A stretch of 63,976 nt of DNA, the filler included, from Welwitschia mirabilis (Eukaryota), in NCBI GenBank assembly GCA_051453625.1. It is 6 parts of one record of this genome, joined end to end, with 100 filler letters (N's around TTAATTAATTAA, not from the genome) between each part and the next. Parts side by side here need not be neighbours in the genome. Positions count along the whole stretch, not along the records: positions 28,353 to 48,948 come from JBOZIK010000001.1; positions 49,049 to 55,001 come from JBOZIK010000001.1; positions 55,102 to 60,414 come from JBOZIK010000001.1; 3 more parts are not named here. The stretch is one strand, 5' to 3'. Of the stretch, positions 43,397 to 55,623 are shown piece after piece. The position numbers and the translations under genes were made by a program. The notes beneath the pieces are model-generated. The model worked only from the letters and a program-made list of their open reading frames with translations. It did not search any database and was not told the DNA's origin. Within the stretch, counting starts at the first letter, position 1, and each line of letters starts with the position of its first letter.

Positions 43397-44618
43397 CTTT
43401 GTGTGCTAATTGTGTGCTTAATCTTTTATTTCTTATAATGAATCTTTGATCTTAAGTATGTAGATCTTTAATAAAATACACTCTAAAACACACTAATATT
43501 TGGAAGTTAACCCATTTGTTGTACTCTAGAGAGAAATTATAGAAGGGAGCATTAAAAGATTTCTTTAAATAATAATGGAACAAAGTTTAAAACATAGGAT
43601 GAAGTCCAAAGATGCAAAATAAATGAAAAATGCAAAAAAATGAAATGCTAACTAAACGTAGATTCTAATTGGTCAACTAACTTCTTATTATCCAAGGTGA
43701 CCCTTATGACTTATATTAACTCACAGATACATGTCATTTAACTGTAATGACATAAGCTATAAGAAAGATAAAAAGAATGTATAAAAGAACAATTTAACAA
43801 ATATTTTATTGATTAAAATTCTCTACATCTAGTTACAAAGTAACAGGTCCTTCATGAAGGATACACAACCTAACACCAAGGAAAGCCCTTCTCTGCAATA
43901 GTTATAAAGTAATAGCTTCTCAGTAATGGAGACATGACCTAACACCAAGAAACACACTTCTTTAAAACTTGTAGGATGGATCCCTTGCTTAATTACTCTC
44001 CAAACATCATGAGAACAATAAATGCAATTGAGATGAGTGAATGGAAATTCTGGAAAGGTATTTATAGTGTTTAGAATAGCTATTCAGATCACCAAAGAGT
44101 AATAGCAGCCCAAAGGCTATCATATCAATGATTCCATAAATTATGAAGTTTGTTTCATATTCTTCATGTATTCTACATGCCTTCTTATCTTCTAGATAAC
44201 TAGGTGGATGACTGTTGATCTTTTATCTTCTCATGGCTTCTTATCTTCCATGTGTCTTCTCGATGACTATTGACTTTTCATATTTCATGACCATTGATCT
44301 TCTTGGTGCCTTTTGGCTTGTCATCTTCCATGACCATTAATCTTCTTAGTGACTTATGTCTTTTCATCTTCCATGACCATTGATCTTCTTTGTAACTTTT
44401 GAAATGACTTCTTGATGTAACATCTTCTTTGCAAATGTCTTCTTGGCATGTTTTTCTCAAGTGCTTCATAATTACTCCACTTTGATTCAAACTATTATTA
44501 ATTCTTTGTCTTTCGTCTTTGTCATTAAAAGAGATTCATATAAGCATTAGACTTGTTAAAATAACCTAAAAATACACTCCAAATATGATGTTAAATATGG
44601 CCAATTTGTCTTACAACA
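43397..44618 (-). mobile_element. Athila-type LTR family B
   Basis: Right end ...TTACAACA (minus-strand TGTTGTAA) with a PPT at 44619-44634; left end degenerate, placed from the adjacent PBS; internal ~44-bp repeats at 44278-44392. Confidence 0.7.
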
Positions 44619-44634
44619 TAGTCCCTCCACTAAG
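44619..44634 (-). other. Polypurine tract preceding family-B LTR
   Basis: Minus strand ctttgttaaggattgacaaa..CTTAGTGGAGGGACTA-TGTTG parallels plus-strand ctttgtcagggactgacaagg.CTAAGTAGGGGGCTA-TGTTG at 61846-61885. Confidence 0.75.
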
Positions 44635-47600
44635 AATTTGTCAATCCTTAACAAAGAAAAGTGAAAAAGGATAGAAGTGAGTCAAATTGGAAAGAGGATA
44701 AAATATAACATTTAAGTACAGAATATCTTATATTGTTAAAAATCAAGTGCATATAAAGGATATTCTACTTCAACACCATGAGGATGATATCAGAGTTTTC
44801 AGATCTATGAAAAATACATTTTCATTAATAAATTTCTTTCAATTAAAGCCAATATTTTGAGGATTTCATAGATTCTACCCCCCTGAAGTAAATAAGTTCT
44901 TGTTGAATTTTTAAGTAAATGTACTTGTGACAATCAGAAAGAATAAGCTAAAAGTAATAAAGAATGTAAAATAAGAAATAAAAGTAAAAAAAAAAAACAT
45001 AATCAGAAAATGAAACTGAGGATGAAGGATTCATTATGCATTAGNNNNNNNNNNNNNNNNNNNNNNNNNNNNNNNNNNNNNNNNNNNNNNNNNNNNNNNN
45101 NNNNNNNNNNNNNNNNNNNNNNNNNNNNNNNNNNNNNNNNNNNNTAATCATAAAATGAAAAATGTAAATAAAACTAAGGGTCAAGGATTCATTATGCATT
45201 AGGAATTGAGAATTTCTAATAAGAAGACTAGAAATGATAAAGTTCTCACTATTGTTTTATGAAAAAGTAAGTTAATGACTTAAGACAACTGATTGGTAAC
45301 TAAAAAAATCAAAACTAAAAATGGACAACATGGAACAAGGAGAAAAGTAAATAGTTTACTATAAATTTTAACCTAGTAAATTCCTTGGAGAAAATCATAA
45401 TACTACTTGAGGTAAAGATGCATGATTTATTGTAAAAATATTATAGTTTATCATTCGATAAGGTAGTGAAAGGACTAATATCCAAAGATTATTTAAAAAG
45501 TATCAATTTATGTTTAGACTATAATTCAATCCATCTTCAGCTTTTAATGGCCATAGTACTTGGTTATAAGATCATCCAATGATCAGTATATTGAAAAGTC
45601 CTCAAGGAGTTCTTATTTTTTCCTTAGGATAATGAAAATCAAGGGTGCTATTGAGAAACACTATTCTTTATGATGATGGAAGTGCAACCACTACTAAAAG
45701 AGTGAGGATCTGCAAACAAAGCTAGATTGTGACTAACTGATCCTAGAGTTTGCAAAACTATTTATCACACTGCCAAAGATCCCTCTCAGGAAATTTGCCT
45801 CAGTGTACTTGTGATAGGACATCATAGCATATTTTTAAGAAGAGTTAAATTTTTATTTTATTTTCTCTTTTATTATTTTCTTTTTCTATGCACTTGGAAT
45901 CCTACTTTAAAAGAATTAATTTATAATTAGAGTGAAATAACAAAACACATGATTGCTAATAAGAATTTTATTAACATAACTAACTCTAAAATAAAGTAAT
46001 TAAGGAGATTGATTTAGATATAAAAATATCTAAAGATTGGCTAAATCTAATCGTTTTGACTATAATGCCCAAAGTAAAAAACTACTTAATCATGATAAGA
46101 TATATAAAATTTGAACATGAATCAAGTTAAAGATGATCAAATAGCATAATAACTTAAACTAAGAAATAAAACTAAGAGAAGATTTAGAAAATCACAAAAT
46201 GGAAGATCCTCCTCCTTTTTTTCTAAGGGGATCTTCCTAGTTAATTGCTTCTACTAGGTTTGAGGCATAAGTATAATCATCATGTGATGTATAAATTTTA
46301 AGCCTTTGTGTATTGATGTTTTGGATATCTTTGGATTACAAATTAGAAATCTTAATAGAGCCATTAGAATAAACTTTTTCTATAGAATAATAACCTAACC
46401 ATTTAGAGGTCAACTTATTATGCAAAAGATGCACTCAAGTATTGTATAGTAAAACCACCTGATCAGGTTAAAGGAATGATACATAAAAAGTAAAAGTGAG
46501 CTTAAAGCATTAGGAAAACACATCAACATAAAATAAGAAGGAACTACCAAAGCTAGATTAAAGCATTAGGATAAGAAGTATTATTTAGATCCTAAATCTT
46601 ATCTAATACTTTATTTTAAAGAAAAGGAAAAATTAATTTTATTAAAGATATAATCCTATGTATTGTACTTTTTTAGAAAAATAAGAACCAAATCAAATAG
46701 AAACCAATTAATAGAATGTGAAAGGTATTTAATCATTTTTAAGTAAAATCAATTGGTGGTAAAGAAAATAAAATAATAATACTTTAATAACACAATGTTC
46801 ACAAGCTAAATAATATTTTATTGATTAACATAAATCATGATTATCATTACATAATTCATTCAAGGCACTATTGAAAGAATGGATTCAAGAAAATTTTGAA
46901 GGATGCTTAGAATGTTTAGTGAAACTAAGAAGCTTTATATGATATCCTCTTTTATCTTATTCTAATTAAGAACTTTTTTTTCTTTTAAACTTCCTTTCTT
47001 CTTTAACATCTTTATATGATAAACACAACAGAACCTAAGACCAAATTTTTCATACTTCTTAATTAGAATTTCCATATTCTAAGAAAAACAAATCATATAA
47101 ATATTATATATTTACCTATAATTAATGTTTAGTTTATTTTTGTTTACAAACAATAGTGATGTTATAAGTGTGTTTCCTCCATCTCTTCCTAGTTTTTCAT
47201 TAGATAAAAGATATCTTATGAATAGTTGAGGAGATGTAAATTTTTTATTAACATACATGGATAAATTTTAAGGATAATACCTAATCAATATAATATGAGG
47301 TTGTAACTATAATTAATGATGTTCTAACTTGATATCTAATAACTCTTCAATTGTGAGTTGGTTCTAATTCAGGTTATAAACTATACAAACATTATTGGAC
47401 TCAACTCCATAAGCTTTTACTTCACCTTGATATATTTCCAATACAAGTAACAAGTGAGACATAATATTGATGCATGCTTACAAATGACTCTTGCTTTTTT
47501 GAAGCATCTCCAAATGATACAACATGATCTACTGATGTTAAGGGCTTAAGATATTAAGTTGGAGTAAGTTCATATATGGGTAAGATAAGAGAGTGATGAT

Positions 47601-48646
47601 TAAATCCACTTTTAGAAGGTTATTCTAAAAAAATGCAATGCAATTTACCTTAGTAATAAAATCCAAGTGTGAGAATGAACATTATTATAATTATATCGAT
47701 TTAGTCCTTTCAACGAATACATCACATAAATGCATGCAAATAAATCTAAGTAATGTAGATATTTAATGAATTACTTACTTAGTTATAGTAATTATAATCA
47801 TAATTTGGTTCATTTTATAAAAAACAATCATAAAAACAAAGCAAGCATACAAGAGAATTTTTTTCAAGATTATAATAATAATAATCTAGATAAAAGAAAA
47901 TATTATTTTATTTTCTATCTGAATAAAGGAAATATTCTTTTCTTTCTCTTTTAATAATAATAAAAATATAAAATAATATATTTAAAGAAACTAAAACATA
48001 CCTAGAACTATGCTAATCTTAGAAACATTCTTTCATGCTTATATGACAATATTCATAGATTAGTATTAAGAAGGTAAACAAAAGAAATTATAGCTCAAGC
48101 ATAATTGTTAAGACATAAGTATTTATCCAATTTTTCATATGGCTAAATTATAAGTCAATAAAAATAAGTGATATGATAAAGACTACTTATGTTACTTGAA
48201 CTACTAAGATGAAAACTCTTACAAGCATGCATATTCAAAGTAAGCTAAAGGAAAAGGCTAAAAGAGTTATTTCTATAAATAAATACCACTTGTGAATAAT
48301 TTAACTTAAATCTAGAGATATAAAGATATTTTATATACTAAATTTTCCTATAAAATTTTGTGTAATAATTTTTTTTATAATTTTCAACATTAATTATAAC
48401 ATTTTTGGACTCTAAGGTGACATCATAGTTAAAAATTAATAAATAATTAATTATAAATAAAAAATAATTATAGTAGTCATTCAAAAACTAGACAATAATA
48501 GGTTTTTCAGAATCTGACTTAGACTATATAATTTTCTAAAAATATAATCCTATTATATTATACTAAAATGATAATCACTTTCAAAATACTTTGAGTTTTT
48601 AATGACTCAAGATTTTTTCAAAAGCTAATTTAGTTTTCCTACAGCT

Positions 48647-48948
48647 TGTAGGATCTAAAACCCTAGAGGGAGAGTGAATAGAATTTAAAAATAAATTTAA
48701 ATAACTATTACTACTAAGGAAGAAAATATGATATAAAAAGATATAACAAAATAAACTCAAAAATCAAAATCAAAATAATGCATAAGACAAGATTTATAGT
48801 GGTTTGGGATAGACCCTACTCCACTATTGGAAGATAGTCAATAGCCAAGATTGATTTAGATCTTTATTATTTCACTATCCACCTAGTTTTCAAAGTCAAC
48901 CTTCAACCTTTATAAAGCATACTTTTGTAGGCTAAGTCTTAACCTTTA
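48647..48948 (-). mobile_element. SIRE-like copia LTR 3' portion
   Basis: Minus strand ends ctattcactctcccctctagggttttagatcctaCA and contains aaaccactataaat (plus 48792-48805), both shared with the LTR at 53587-54827. Confidence 0.7.
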
Positions 48949-49048
48949 NNNNNNNNNNNNNNNNNNNNNNNNNNNNNNNNNNNNNNNNNNNNTTAATTAA
49001 TTAANNNNNNNNNNNNNNNNNNNNNNNNNNNNNNNNNNNNNNNNNNNN

Positions 49049-49122
49049 TCTAAACTTGTATAAATGTCCTGCAAAAGTACTCCAAATACACCATCAAATT
49101 CCTACAAATTGGCATCACAACA
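49049..49122 (-). mobile_element. Athila family A LTR terminal fragment
   Basis: Near-identical to 11892-11965, ends ggcatcacaaca. Confidence 0.85.
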
Positions 49123-49893
49123 AATAGTAACATTTGCATTCAAAGTAAAAGTTCCTATTACAATTGGTGTACTAGACAAAGTAACTTGCTTTTGTTTTTG
49201 TGATGATTTCAATATATTTAAAGAATAAATGACATGATCCACTTTTATACTATAATTTTCTTTTACAAAATCTGATTTTGAAATAATAAAAGTAGAAAAA
49301 TCTTCTTCTTTAGTTCTCAAAATTTTCATACCTGGGATATGCATATCTGGATTTTTCTCGAAGTCAAATAATCTTTCTCTAATATTTTCTTCAATCAAGG
49401 TCTACTCTCCCTGTTATTTCATCTTTCTACTAGAATTAATCATATCCCTACATACTCAGATATAAAATAAAAAAAATAAAATAAAAAATAACTAACTATC
49501 ATTCACATGGTTGTGGAAACAACAGGAGGAACAACGATTACAATAATAAAAAACTGAACTCAAACAAAAATTGCAAAATCAGAAAATAAGACTGTTATTC
49601 AGGCTGTTATGGGGACAACAAAGAAGATAAAATTATTTTTATTACTAATATATAAACAAAAAGAAAAATTATAAAAAAGGAAATAATTTTAAAAATTTAG
49701 GACTGTTATTCCCAATGTTGTGGGGATAATAGAAAGGACAATAAAGCTTCTTAAAGCTACAAAAAATAAAAATTGCTAAAAATAAACCTACTTAAACTAT
49801 GCTAAAAATACAGTACTATTTTAAATAAATAGCCTGAATAGAAATTCAAGGTACTTACCTAGATAGTGATAATTCTCCAGCTCCTTACAATCC

Positions 49894-49911
49894 TCTTTGG
49901 CAATGGTGTTA
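49894..49911 (-). other. Primer binding site, tRNA-Asp type, heavily mutated
   Basis: Plus TCTTTGGCAATGGTGTTA aligns with TCCCCGGCAACGGCGCCA by C>T changes only; same flanking context as 13644-13661. Confidence 0.65.
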
Positions 49912-49914
49912 AAA

Positions 49915-51474
49915 TGTTATAATGTAAATTTTACAATCTTTAAGTTCTTAGGCGAAAACCTATAAATCACAATGCTTGTAGAAAACACACACTAGTATAA
50001 ATGAGAGTTAATTCAAATGTCATAATCCATTAAAGGTAGTAGGATAAAAGTTAAAGAATTAATTTTACAAAGTATTTTTAATATTTTCTATTTAGTCAAT
50101 GGAAGTAAACAAGAATGTAAATGCAATGCAAAATGCATGATGATGAAAATGCAATGTATGGAATGCAAGTAAGATGTGTTCTATTAGACTCTAATCCTTT
50201 TGTCATAAGAACTATTTTTTTATAACTTAGATTAGCTAGGAATAGTTCTATTACTTATGTAGCCAACATAAACTATAAGAATTATTAATTAGAATATGAA
50301 TAATGCAAGGCAATAAAAATCTAAACTAACAAAATAGACCTTAAAAAAGGTTTCTCTTATGATCTAAATAAATTATAGAAATTTTATTAAACTATAATCG
50401 ACTTAAATCATAAGGGACATCAATACAATTGTAGTAAAAAAAGTAATTGAATTGATCATAAACTTTTACATCCACTTACAACAAAGTAGCAGCACCTTAA
50501 TAAAGGATACTCAGCCCAACACTAAGGTAAACTTCTCCTTCAATCTTCCATCATAAGAACATTAGATCTCAAAGATGGAAAAGGAAGTGAAGAAAAAGGA
50601 GGGTATTTATAGTTTTACATTAAACTTCTAGAATCTCAATCCTAAAAGTCAGAAAAGAAACCCTAGCAATCCATATGAGTCACATGACCCCATTACAAGG
50701 AAAATTCTTTCCATTCATAGAAAATAGTTGTCATCCTAAGTGTCATGGAGATGACAATGGGAAAATCACTCCACATCAAAAGGTGGTCCATTAGCTTCAG
50801 GCCCCACTATTAAATCCATAGACTTCATCCATGTCAGTAGTGCTATTGTCTTACCTATCGTGGGAATGATAGAGAAGACAACATCCTTTTTCATCTTCTA
50901 TCTCTAGGAGAAATCAGTCTTCTGCATGGTAAATCCTTCCTTTAAAGTANNNNNNNNNNNNNNNNNNNNNNNNNNNNNNNNNNNNNNNNNNNNNNNNNNN
51001 NNNNNNNNNNNNNNNNNNNNNNNNNNNNNNNNNNNNNNNNNNNNNNNNNNNNNNNNNNNNNNNNNNNNNNNNNNNNNNNNNNNNNNNNNNNNNNNNNNNN
51101 NNNNNNNNNNNNNNNNNNNNNNNNNNNNNNNNNNNNNNNNNNNNNNNNNNNNNNNNNNNNNNNNNNNNNNNNNNNNNNNNNNNNNNNNNNNNNNNNNNNN
51201 NNNNNNNNNNNNNNNNNNNNNNNNNNNNNNNNNNNNNNNNNNNNNNNNNNNNNNNNNNNNNNNNNNNNNNNNNNNNNNNNNNNNNNNNNNNNNNNNNNNN
51301 NNNNNNNNNNNNNNNNNNNNNNNNNNNNNNNNNNNNNNNNNNNNNNNNNNNNNNNNNNNNNNNNNNNNNNNNNNNNNNNNNNNTAATCATTAGTTTTGCA
51401 TTCAAACCTATATAAATGTTCTACAAAAGCACTTAAAATACACCATCAAATTCCTACAAACTGGCATCATAGTA
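49915..51474 (-). mobile_element. Athila family A-related 5' LTR, older copy, spans an N gap
   Basis: Collinear with 10498-11965 at both ends (tgtagaaaacacacactagtata...; caccatcaaattcctacaaactggcatcatagta). Confidence 0.75.
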
Positions 51475-53586
51475 ATAACCTTGTCTTCCTCTTCTTCTAG
51501 CAAATCTTCAACTTGTTTATCTTCCTCTTAAGGACTTTGCAACATAGGCCTAATAATAAAGAGATACTTTACTTTTTAAATATTTTAAACTTCTTATATG
51601 AACAACCAATGAATGAACTATTAAAGTTTTGAGATATTTTTTAAAATAAAAGTAATCATCACCCTCTTACATCTATGATCATTGTATAGAACTTGAACTA
51701 TTCTATTGATTTTTTGTCTCTCAATGAATTCATAATTATATTCATCAACATTTCTAACTACTTGATATATTATTTAAAATAAATATTTAATGGAATCGCC
51801 TCTTGTGATGTAGATATTTTTAAATTCTAACTGATATTTCAACTATTTGATTTGTATGTTCTCTTTACTACCTCTAAACTCATTTCTAATCTAGTCCTAA
51901 CAATCCTTTGCATCTTATTTTCCTATGATTCTATATCTAATGGCTTCACTTATAGATGTGTAGATGATTATCTTGGTTAATGCATTGTGTGCCTTCTTTG
52001 ATTCATATTTTATTTTCTATTATCTATTCAATACATTATGATTTGGAGGATCTAAAAAATCATTCTAAACTATATCATAGCATTTATTTAATTCAAGTAA
52101 GGTCTTCATTAACTAGTACTAATAAGTAAATATCTTTACTTCTGTCAAAGATAACTGAGTACCTAGGAATATTCTTTGACATATTAAAATAAAGATGAAA
52201 CAAATCATTGTAATCTTTAGAAATTCAAATATGATCTTCTTAAGATATTTGTATTCATGCCTTATAGTTGTAATATCACTTTCTTAGTAGAATTCTAATG
52301 ATCCTAGTTATTTTATTTTAGTTAAATACATATTTGATATTGAAATATTCCTTTGAGTAGCATAGATGACTTTAACCTATTAGCTATCTTTCCTAACTTT
52401 AGATAGTTAACATAAGATGTTTTTAATGTATCAAACATCTATCTTGAAATTTCTATTCTCTATATTTAATATTTAATTTTACAAAGATATCTTTAAATTG
52501 GTAGATATCTATCCTTTTAATAACTTAAAAACTATGTTTTGTAAAGACATCTTTGAGGCTAAAAAACCTCTATTTCATGTATCATAGATGTCTATCTATT
52601 AAGAGATGTATATTCTACAAGTCATTTTGGAAGCAACGTTCAAAAAATGCTGAAATTAAATTCTAATGGTCAAATCTAAAGGCTAACTCATATCCATTGT
52701 ATCTATATCAAATTAAATCCTTTAAATATGAATTTAAAGGTTTGTAAACATAATTCTTTTAAGATCTTTCTTCAAATATAAAAATATTTTCTTCCTTTGA
52801 TGAAATGATACAATATCACTTTGAAATTATTAAATCTTTATATAAAGCTTTAAGGATCATTAATATTTAATCATATCTTTTAAACAAAACTTGAAATCTT
52901 CCTTATTTATTGAAATATGCTTCCATTTAAACTCAATTACATGAGCCTTCTCATGATCTTTCTTCTAATCTTTGAATCGTGAAGTATTTAAATAAAAACA
53001 TGATCTAAATATGGAGATGAAGCTATTTAAGCATAAAGCAACTAGAAGAATAATGAATTTTAAGTTATCTCAATATTTTAGGCATAAAATTAAGCATAAA
53101 AATAGGCCAAATTATTAAGCAAACATTAAACAAACATCAAGAAAAATATTGGATAAAAATTCTCTAGAATTTTATTCTTTTCTTCAAGAGGCATTAACAT
53201 TTTTCTATTCTATTACATTAATTAACTCTTTTATAGAGGGGATTGGAGTTATGCCTATTTTTTTCTATTCCATGTAAGATATAATTTCTTATAAAAACAC
53301 ATTAACATTTTTCATTACATAAAATTTTCTAAGATTAAAAATTTCTAGACAATAACATTAAGAAATGACCATGAAACAAAACATATGATGTGTTCACCTT
53401 GGACTACATTACATCAATGACTACTTGAAACTTATCATAATCTATATAAACTTCTTTTTTTGATATTACATGATTTAAAAATTTAATTTTTAATAGTTAA
53501 AACCCACACTTTTTAAGATTTTCATAAAAATAATTTCTTCTTAAAGTATCTAACACTATTCTCGGATGCTGCTCATGGGCTTCATT

Positions 53587-54827
53587 TGTTGGAGAGTATA
53601 CCATGACATCATTAATAAAAACTACTATAAATTTACTAGGATTTTATTTTGCTAATTGATGTTAAAATGATAGGATATTTTTAGAATGAAATGTGATTTT
53701 ATAGATACAAGAAACTATACTATCTATATCTAAAAGATATCAAGATTTGGACATGTTCTCATTAAATTAACTTGATTTTCTGTTCATAGACTTAAAGTAG
53801 GAGCCGATGAAACTTGTAAATACTCATTTTGGGCTACTTCATGTGGGGTTGACCAAATTTTTAAGGGTTTACTAGACCTATAGATGCATTATTTAAGTTT
53901 TCCCATATGTACTATATCCTATGAGGTCGACCGGATTCATGTGGGGTTGATCAAACCTAAAGAAAATTAGTCGACCATATTTTAGATGGGGGTAACCACA
54001 CCAAGTAACGTGAGTTACTTGGGTCAACTAGATGACAAAGGGGGCAACTGGATCAAGTGACATAAGTCACTTGAGTTAATTGGATGTTTCAAGGGATTGA
54101 CCGACTAGTGTGAAAACAAAAATTTTAAAGTGATTTTATAATTGTTACTTCACTAAATCTATTTATTGCAAATGTCAAATTCCTTCCCATCTATCCAAAG
54201 AGTTATATTTTGGGGAAATATATAAATAAAATAAAATACTCAAAACCTTATGGCTCAACATTAGAATGGATTTTTATAAAAAAAGATTGCACTCTTGATC
54301 TGAAGGGCTTATCTTTGTACTATAATTCTTCTCTCAGTCAGCACTTATCTTTGTACCAAATTTGAGTAATAAAGCTTCATTATTAGTTATTTTACTTGAG
54401 TGACTTAGAGCATAGGGGATTCATTTCCTCACTTACCATTTTCTATTTTCTAAACATTGAGACTAAGCTTGTAAAAGTTCATTTTCTAAAGATTTAAACT
54501 AATCCTGCAAAAGTCTATTTATGAAGGTTGAGACTTAGCCTAAAAAAATCTGCTTTATAAAGTTGAAAGTTAGCCTTGAAAGCCTAGTGCATAGTGATGC
54601 AACAAAGATCTAGAATAGTTTTGATTATTTACTATCTTCCAAGAGTTGAGTAGGATGTATCCTAAACCACTATAAATATTATCTTGTACATTGCTTTGGT
54701 TCTACTTTACGAGTTTATTTTGTTATATGTTTTTATGTCATAATTTCTTTATTGGATAGTAATAATTGTTTAAATTTTTTAGAAGTCCTATTTACCCCAC
54801 TCCCCTCTAGGATTCTCAATCCTATCA
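53587..54827 (+). mobile_element. SIRE-like Ty1/copia 5' LTR
   Basis: Probable start TGTTGG at 53587; GGTCGACC-type motif cluster ~53840-54110; aaaccactataaat at ~54664; C-rich end tttaccccactcccctctagg...cctatCA followed by PBS. Confidence 0.7.
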
Positions 54828-54830
54828 TTT

Positions 54831-54842
54831 TGGTATCAGAGC
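54831..54842 (+). other. Primer binding site, tRNA-iMet (TGGTATCAGAGC)
   Basis: Perfect canonical PBS 3 nt after the LTR CA. Confidence 0.9.
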
Positions 54843-54898
54843 TCCAAGTTGAGTCAACTCTAATATTTTAACCAATCTTTAACTTAATAACCCTAGTC

Positions 54899-55001
54899 AT
54901 GAGTTTTATTGTAGAAGGTTTTAATATTTCTAGGCCTCCACTATTTGATGGAACAAACTATGGATATTAGAAGGCTAGAATGAGAATATTCTTAAGATCT
55001 C
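54899..55001 (+). pseudogene. SIRE-like gag N-terminus, stop-interrupted, cut by scaffold join
   Basis: MSFIVEGFNISRPPLFDGTNYGY*KARMRIFLRS. Confidence 0.8.
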
Positions 55002-55101
55002 NNNNNNNNNNNNNNNNNNNNNNNNNNNNNNNNNNNNNNNNNNNNTTAATTAATTAANNNNNNNNNNNNNNNNNNNNNNNNNNNNNNNNNNNNNNNNNNN
55101 N

Positions 55102-55180
55102 GTCAGCTCTCGAGTCGGGCCGAGTCACGAGTTTTTTCTCCTAGCCCAATCGAGTCACGAGTCTGAGTCTTGCAACAATG
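55102..55180 (-). mobile_element. Terminus of a probable hAT-like DNA transposon or MITE
   Basis: Minus strand CATTGTTGCAAGACTC... followed by clustered GACTCG subterminal repeats (plus CGAGTC at 55111, 55121, 55151, 55158). Other end is in the gap, so TIR and TSD are unverified. Confidence 0.5.
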
Positions 55181-55623
55181 GTTGTGGCCCGTGTAAAGTC
55201 TTTTACTTCATGAATGGCATGAAGTAAGTCTTCATTAGATACTGGTCTAGAGCTCATGCCTTCTTCAACTCTCTGTTTCTTCTTTGGTGGAGGTGCAGAG
55301 CCAATGATATCAATAAAAATCTTCATCTTCTTAAATGAATATAGCTGAAGTGGTTTCGGAACTTTAACTAGTTCCTCATCCTTATGAATAGAAAATTGAT
55401 AATTTTCCAATATTGCAGTGATAAGACCACAAAATGGTAAACTGGAGTAACTTGCTATAAAAAACTGAATAATATAGAACATGATGAATTTGCACAAATT
55501 GATTTTCACACTAGTGCCCAGACAAAATAAAATATATGCACATAACGGAGATACCTCATCTCTATGGCCTAGCTTGGGTACCAAGTTATGAGTAGAAATC
55601 TAGAAAAGAATTCTGTAGAAGGG
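55181..55623 (-). pseudogene. Fragment of the SIRE extra 3' (env-like / plant transposon protein) ORF
   Basis: PFYRILF*ISTHNLVPKLGHRDEVS...LPFCGLITAILE resembles extra ORFs found downstream of pol in SIRE elements; recognised from motif pattern only. Confidence 0.55.

Noticed and set aside
45001..45203. aaggattcattatgcattag on both sides of an N gap
   Set aside because: Cannot distinguish a tandem repeat from a contig-overlap artefact.
49102..49398. 98-aa minus-strand ORF after the Athila leader
   Set aside because: May be the start of a TE ORF, but has no recognisable motif and runs into an LTR fragment.
50914..51405. Long ORFs made of X residues (also at other gaps)
   Set aside because: Artefacts of translating N runs.
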